Below are positions 59,745 to 64,000 of a DNA stretch of 64,000 nt, piece after piece. Source of the DNA: a virus; IMG/VR virus record IMGVR_UViG_3300044825_001821, positions 1-64,000 of that record; one strand, written 5' to 3'. How positions within the stretch are numbered: position 1 is the first letter of the stretch; each line of letters begins with the position of its first letter. The notes below the pieces were generated by a model. That model saw nothing but the letters and a program-made list of their open reading frames with translations, was not told where the DNA came from and did not search any database. The translations under genes and the position numbers were made by a program.

Positions 59745-60410
59745 ATGCGAATATTTGAACATGTAAAGTTACCGCAACTACAATTTGATCTGAATGCTGA
59801 AACTACCGATAGTGGTAGACTTTATACTACGCCAGAAGGCAACAAGTATAAGTCTATCACTACGGTGCTTTCTAATTACAACAAGCAATACATTATGGAA
59901 TGGCGTAAGGCTGTTGGTGAAGAGCAAGCAAATAAAATATCAAGCAAGGCAGCAAATCGTGGTACAAAAGTACACAAAATATGTGAAGATTATCTGAACA
60001 ATGAAATACCAGAACTGAAGATGCAGATGATGATGCCTGATCTGAAGGAATTATTCTTCAAGATCAAGCCTTACATTGATGAGAATGTCGGCAAGATTTA
60101 CTCACAAGAGCAAGCACTTTACTCCGACAAATATCGTATTGCTGGCCGGGTAGACTTAATTGCCGAGTGGAATGGTAAGTTGTCGGTTATTGACTTCAAA
60201 ACTTCCACGAAGCAAAAAGACGAAGAGGATATTCAGAATTACTTTATGCAGTGTACAGCATATGCACTGATGTTTGCTGAACGAACTGGTATGTGGATTG
60301 ATGATATTGTGGTGCTGATTGCTACTGAAGAAGGTCCGGCGCAGGTCTTTGAGCGCCAGATTCATGATTATCGTGTGCCTCTATTAGAGTATATTGATAA
60401 ATATGCCTGA
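59745..60410 (+). CDS. PD-(D/E)xK (Cas4-like) exonuclease
   Basis: SITTVL, RGTKVH, AGRVD, IDFKTS, Q..AYA. Confidence 0.85.
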   Translation: MRIFEHVKLPQLQFDLNAETTDSGRLYTTPEGNKYKSITTVLSNYNKQYIMEWRKAVGEEQANKISSKAANRGTKVHKICEDYLNNEIPELKMQMMMPDLKELFFKIKPYIDENVGKIYSQEQALYSDKYRIAGRVDLIAEWNGKLSVIDFKTSTKQKDEEDIQNYFMQCTAYALMFAERTGMWIDDIVVLIATEEGPAQVFERQIHDYRVPLLEYIDKYA

Positions 60411-60425
60411 CACATTGGAGGTACT

Positions 60426-60956
60426 ATGCTATCATTCAAACAACACGTACAATTAGATGAGGGCAATCCACTTGCAAGGCTGGCTAAACATGCTGAAGAA
60501 GGTAGGCACTATGCTGTTATTTCCTCACAACGACCACATGATGAAGTATCGGCAGAAGATAATAAGAAGCATCATGAAGAACTTAAAAAGAAACTGACTG
60601 CACAGGGATATACTCATAAAGAAGTAGAAGGACATTGGGAAGGTGGAAAAGAAAAATCAATACTCGTACATGCGAAAGGCAAAGGCGAAGAGCACGGCAA
60701 ACAGTTGCTCCATGATATTAAAAAACATGGAGAACATTATAATCAAGACTCAATCTTACATCATGATGGAAAAACAGCGACATTGCATGGAACAAACAAA
60801 ACTGGATTCCCAGGACACGGCAAGACTGAAAACGTAGGTAAGATGGCTTATAACAAAGCACATGCACCATTTCAAACAGAGATGAAACCGAAGTCAGACA
60901 AGCCGTTAAAGCCTGGTAGAACAAGCAAGAGTTCTGCAAGATTTACAACGGAGTGA
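60426..60956 (+). CDS. Putative internal head protein
   Basis: N-terminus MLSFKQHVQLDE; YNQDSIL. Confidence 0.55.
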   Translation: MLSFKQHVQLDEGNPLARLAKHAEEGRHYAVISSQRPHDEVSAEDNKKHHEELKKKLTAQGYTHKEVEGHWEGGKEKSILVHAKGKGEEHGKQLLHDIKKHGEHYNQDSILHHDGKTATLHGTNKTGFPGHGKTENVGKMAYNKAHAPFQTEMKPKSDKPLKPGRTSKSSARFTTE

Positions 60957-61115
60957 TGATGCAAATTAGTGAAACAGAATATGATCAAAAACTTGAACAG
61001 TATTTGAAAGAGCAAGGACCAAATCCCGGTACCACATTTTTTGGTGCTTGGGGTTGGTATGCATCAAAGAAGAATCAGTTTGAGAAACAAATGCAGCAGG
61101 AAGGAATTGTTGTAA

Positions 61116-61413
61116 TCCCTTCAAAGTGAAGGCATTCTGGACGGCGGTTCGATTCCGCCCATCTCCACCAAAAGCATCTTGATGGCTATAAGGTTGTAGA
61201 TTTGATCACCTACAATACGCTGTGTGATGGGTGCTTTTGATGGGGATGATCTGGTTTCGACAGGGTGAGATAGTGGAGAAGGCAACACGAAAGGCGACGG
61301 ACGTAATCCGAGCAAAATAAGTAATCGCAAATGACGACTACTACGCTCTAGCAGCCTAAAAATTGTTAGATGGGGTTTAAGTGGGTTGTACCTTATTACC
61401 AAAACAGCCCACA
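61116..61413 (+). ncRNA. ssrA: Circularly permuted (two-piece) tmRNA, tag ANDDYYALAA; outer ends approximate
   Basis: T arm + CATCTCC-ACCA ends at 61170; GGGGATG starts at 61242 (G3:U70); tag frame 61327-61359. Confidence 0.9.
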
Positions 61414-61432
61414 TCAAATTCAGAGATATATC

Positions 61433-62143
61433 ATGCGTGTACATATTGGTCCTTATACAAACTGGTTTGGTCCTTATCAATTAGCAGAACTGCTTTGCTT
61501 TTGGGTAAAAAAAGTTCCTGATGAGCATGGCTTCAAACGACATCCAGATTGGGTTCATGATTTTGGTACTTGGCTGTCTGAAGATAAAAATGGCAAATCA
61601 TCTTGGCTAACTAAGTTTTGTTGGTGGGTTGATGGTCACAAGAAACGCAAAATCAAAGTACACATTGACAAGTACGATACATGGTCAATGGATCACACAT
61701 TGGCTCACATTATTTTGCCGATGTTGAAACAACTGCGTGATACCAAACATGGTTCACCACTAGTCGAACTTGAAGATTTGCCAGAAGAACTATGCATGAC
61801 GGGATATGATGACGGTTCATCACAATTCAGATTGAAGTTTGAAGATGATGAACAATATGAAAAAGAATCTTGGGATATTACACATCGTCGTTGGGAATGG
61901 GTATTGAATGAAATGATTTTTGCGTTCGAACATCTGCTTGATGATTCGTGGGAAGAAGCATATCGTTCTGGTCACATTGATATGCAGTTTGTGCCATGTG
62001 AAGATAACCCGAAACTATCACACATGGTAGATGGACCCAATCACACATACCAATGTGATTATGATGGTATGAATAAAGTATATGATCGCATGGATAACGG
62101 TTTTCGTTTGTTTGGAAAATATTACAGAGGACTTTGGGACTAA
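61433..62143 (+). CDS. Conserved phage hypothetical protein
   Basis: DTWSMDHTLA.IILPMLKQL, GFRLFGKYY..LWD. Confidence 0.65.
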   Translation: MRVHIGPYTNWFGPYQLAELLCFWVKKVPDEHGFKRHPDWVHDFGTWLSEDKNGKSSWLTKFCWWVDGHKKRKIKVHIDKYDTWSMDHTLAHIILPMLKQLRDTKHGSPLVELEDLPEELCMTGYDDGSSQFRLKFEDDEQYEKESWDITHRRWEWVLNEMIFAFEHLLDDSWEEAYRSGHIDMQFVPCEDNPKLSHMVDGPNHTYQCDYDGMNKVYDRMDNGFRLFGKYYRGLWD

Positions 62144-62371
62144 CATGAAGTCGGAAGATAAACAATCATTTGAAGATTGGTTTGATAAATTACCTAAAGA
62201 TATCTTTCTTGCACACAAAGAAAAGATGGAGTATGCTTGGCAAGAAGCGATAAGATATGAACAAAGTAAACCGGTGCGAACTTATCGTTGGGATGGAGTT
62301 CTCAGATAACTAAATAAGTATACTGGCATCACACACACAATCGCCAGTATAACACACACAGGAGTAAACAC

Positions 62372-62644
62372 ATGAGTAACTTAACACCGTTCGAGATTCG
62401 TCTTGAACTTCTTAAAATGGCCAAAGAACTTTTATTGGAAGATTTTGTTGCCAATAAAGAACGGCTAATCAATGAATGGCAAGTAAAGGTAGAGTCCGCT
62501 AAACTAAACGGACAAGCAATACCTGATCATCCAGCCTTTCCAACTTATCCCTCAGAAACAGAAATCATCAACAAGGCACAAGCTTTGAATGGATTCGTTT
62601 CAAATATTTCAGCAGAAAAGACACAGAGCAAAAAGTCTGCCTGA
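62372..62644 (+). CDS. Conserved hypothetical protein (FEIRLELLKMA)
   Basis: Strong RBS; late-type CTAAATA upstream. Confidence 0.6.
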   Translation: MSNLTPFEIRLELLKMAKELLLEDFVANKERLINEWQVKVESAKLNGQAIPDHPAFPTYPSETEIINKAQALNGFVSNISAEKTQSKKSA

Positions 62645-62690
62645 CGGGAACGAGGATGCTTGAGCATCCTCCTAACTTATAGGAGAAATA

Positions 62691-63242
62691 ATGCGTTACA
62701 TTACACTATTCATTTGTAGTATCTTTGCAGTATTTGTATTATACGTAGGTCATGCGGCAGCAAATATTCGTATACCAATTACACCACAAGTCGAATTACA
62801 AGACTTAACGCCATATGCACGTGCAGAGGTCGAGTGCCTTGCACAAAACATGTATTTTGAAGCAGGTTTGGAACCAAAATTAGGTCAACTTGCTGTAGCA
62901 TTTGTTACACACAACAGGGTGCAGTCGGGTGTTTTTCCAGATACCTATTGTGGCGTAGTCAAACAAAAAGTCGGTACTGTTTGTCAATTCTCATGGGTAT
63001 GTGAGAATCGTCCTAAAGATATGATGCGAAAAGGCCTCTTGACAATAGAGAGCAATTCGTTGTATAATAATATTACTGAGTTAGCGTTGGCGTTTTATCT
63101 TTATACTGAAAAGTTTAAAGACCCCACAAAAGGTGCTTTGTTCTTTCATGCTGACTACGTAAAACCGGGTTGGAATAATATGAGGTACACTGCACAAATC
63201 GGCAGACATTTATTCTACAATAAGGCAAAAAAGAGTTCATGA
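62691..63242 (+). CDS. SleB-like cell wall hydrolase (Hydrolase_2)
   Basis: CLAQNMYFEA, CQFSW, GALFFHADYV.P.W, IGRHLFY. Confidence 0.9.
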   Translation: MRYITLFICSIFAVFVLYVGHAAANIRIPITPQVELQDLTPYARAEVECLAQNMYFEAGLEPKLGQLAVAFVTHNRVQSGVFPDTYCGVVKQKVGTVCQFSWVCENRPKDMMRKGLLTIESNSLYNNITELALAFYLYTEKFKDPTKGALFFHADYVKPGWNNMRYTAQIGRHLFYNKAKKSS

Positions 63243-63506
63243 GTATTTTATCAAACAAAAAGGAGAAGGTGATTATGGAAAAGGGATTGAGTAGTACAAC
63301 CACAATATCAATCACTGTGGTTTTACTTTCAATCGTTGTTGCGATATGTTGGTATGGTCTGAATGATCGAAGGCTTATGGCAGCAAATATTGAAAACGCT
63401 ATCGCAAAGGGAATCGATCCTCTAACGGTAAGATGTTCATATGCCAAGAGTGATGATATAGTTTGTATTGCACACGCTGCAAATCGTAAATAAAGGAGAT
63501 TATATA

Positions 63507-64000
63507 ATGAGTCATTATGACGATTACAATGAGAAACACAGTTTTACATTTCGATTTGATTCGAATGATGGAGAAGTTCATTTGGAAATGAGCGTCAATG
63601 AACTATACATTCAAGATGTTCTTGATCGATTTAGAGAATTTTTATTGGGGTGTGGTTATCAAGTTAATGGAGAAATTGATATTGTCGAATACAATTCTGA
63701 ACAAGATCATGATAGTGGTTATACTTTAACTGAGCCACCAAAACATGAGCCTAAGTTTGACTTCAGTAATGTACCAAACAACAATTGGCCATTTGGTTCA
63801 CTAAAACCTGAACCGATTCCTGCATTGACTACTGCTGACTTATCAGGAATCACTGTAACTGATTTGTCTACGTTGACAACTCATTCTTATGGTGATTGGT
63901 CTGGTGTCAACAAATATGCAACTATGGCACCTTTGACATCTGAGCAAATCTATTCTTGGTCAACTGAAATGCCAGGCACAATTGGTGGTGCTAAAGTTTC
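63507..64000 (+). CDS. Hypothetical protein, 3'-truncated by window edge
   Basis: AAGGAG RBS; FLLGCGY motif. Confidence 0.55.
   Translation, partial: MSHYDDYNEKHSFTFRFDSNDGEVHLEMSVNELYIQDVLDRFREFLLGCGYQVNGEIDIVEYNSEQDHDSGYTLTEPPKHEPKFDFSNVPNNNWPFGSLKPEPIPALTTADLSGITVTDLSTLTTHSYGDWSGVNKYATMAPLTSEQIYSWSTEMPGTIGGAKV

Noticed and set aside
59745-60410. Cas4 implying a CRISPR system
   Set aside because: Stand-alone PD-(D/E)xK exonuclease common in T4-like phages; no Fe-S cysteine set and no array.

Overview
64 kb of an AT-rich T4-like (Tevenvirinae/Kyanoviridae-type) myophage genome, almost all on the + strand. The host is probably an aquatic betaproteobacterium; this is inferred from the PstS, OprO/P porin, PqqA, rubrerythrin and tmRNA tag and is not proven. 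Order: sugar-phosphate cyclase (EEVS-type) + SDR; putative capsid-internal polyproteins with T4-style capsid-targeting N-termini and repeated (L/I/V)xE protease linkers, one carrying a HicA-like domain; a lysis cassette (spanins, GH19 endolysin, holin-like proteins); primase, thyX, nrdA, trx, nrdB; pstS + phosphate porin; a long early region of small ORFs driven by TTGACA-N17-TAnnnT promoters, with a candidate origin at about 33.7-34.15 kb; a 23-tRNA array covering all 20 amino acids, interleaved with structured non-tRNA RNAs; rubrerythrin and pqqA; RNase H, GT2, galE, clpP; glycine-rich fibre; a circularly permuted two-piece tmRNA; SleB-type hydrolase. The most striking observation is a 31-codon leader ORF upstream of the tRNA array. 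It contains all 20 amino acids and overlaps a terminator/antiterminator switch, so it is a candidate ribosome-stalling attenuator sensing depletion of almost any tRNA. All calls were made by eye; no database searches or folding programs were run.
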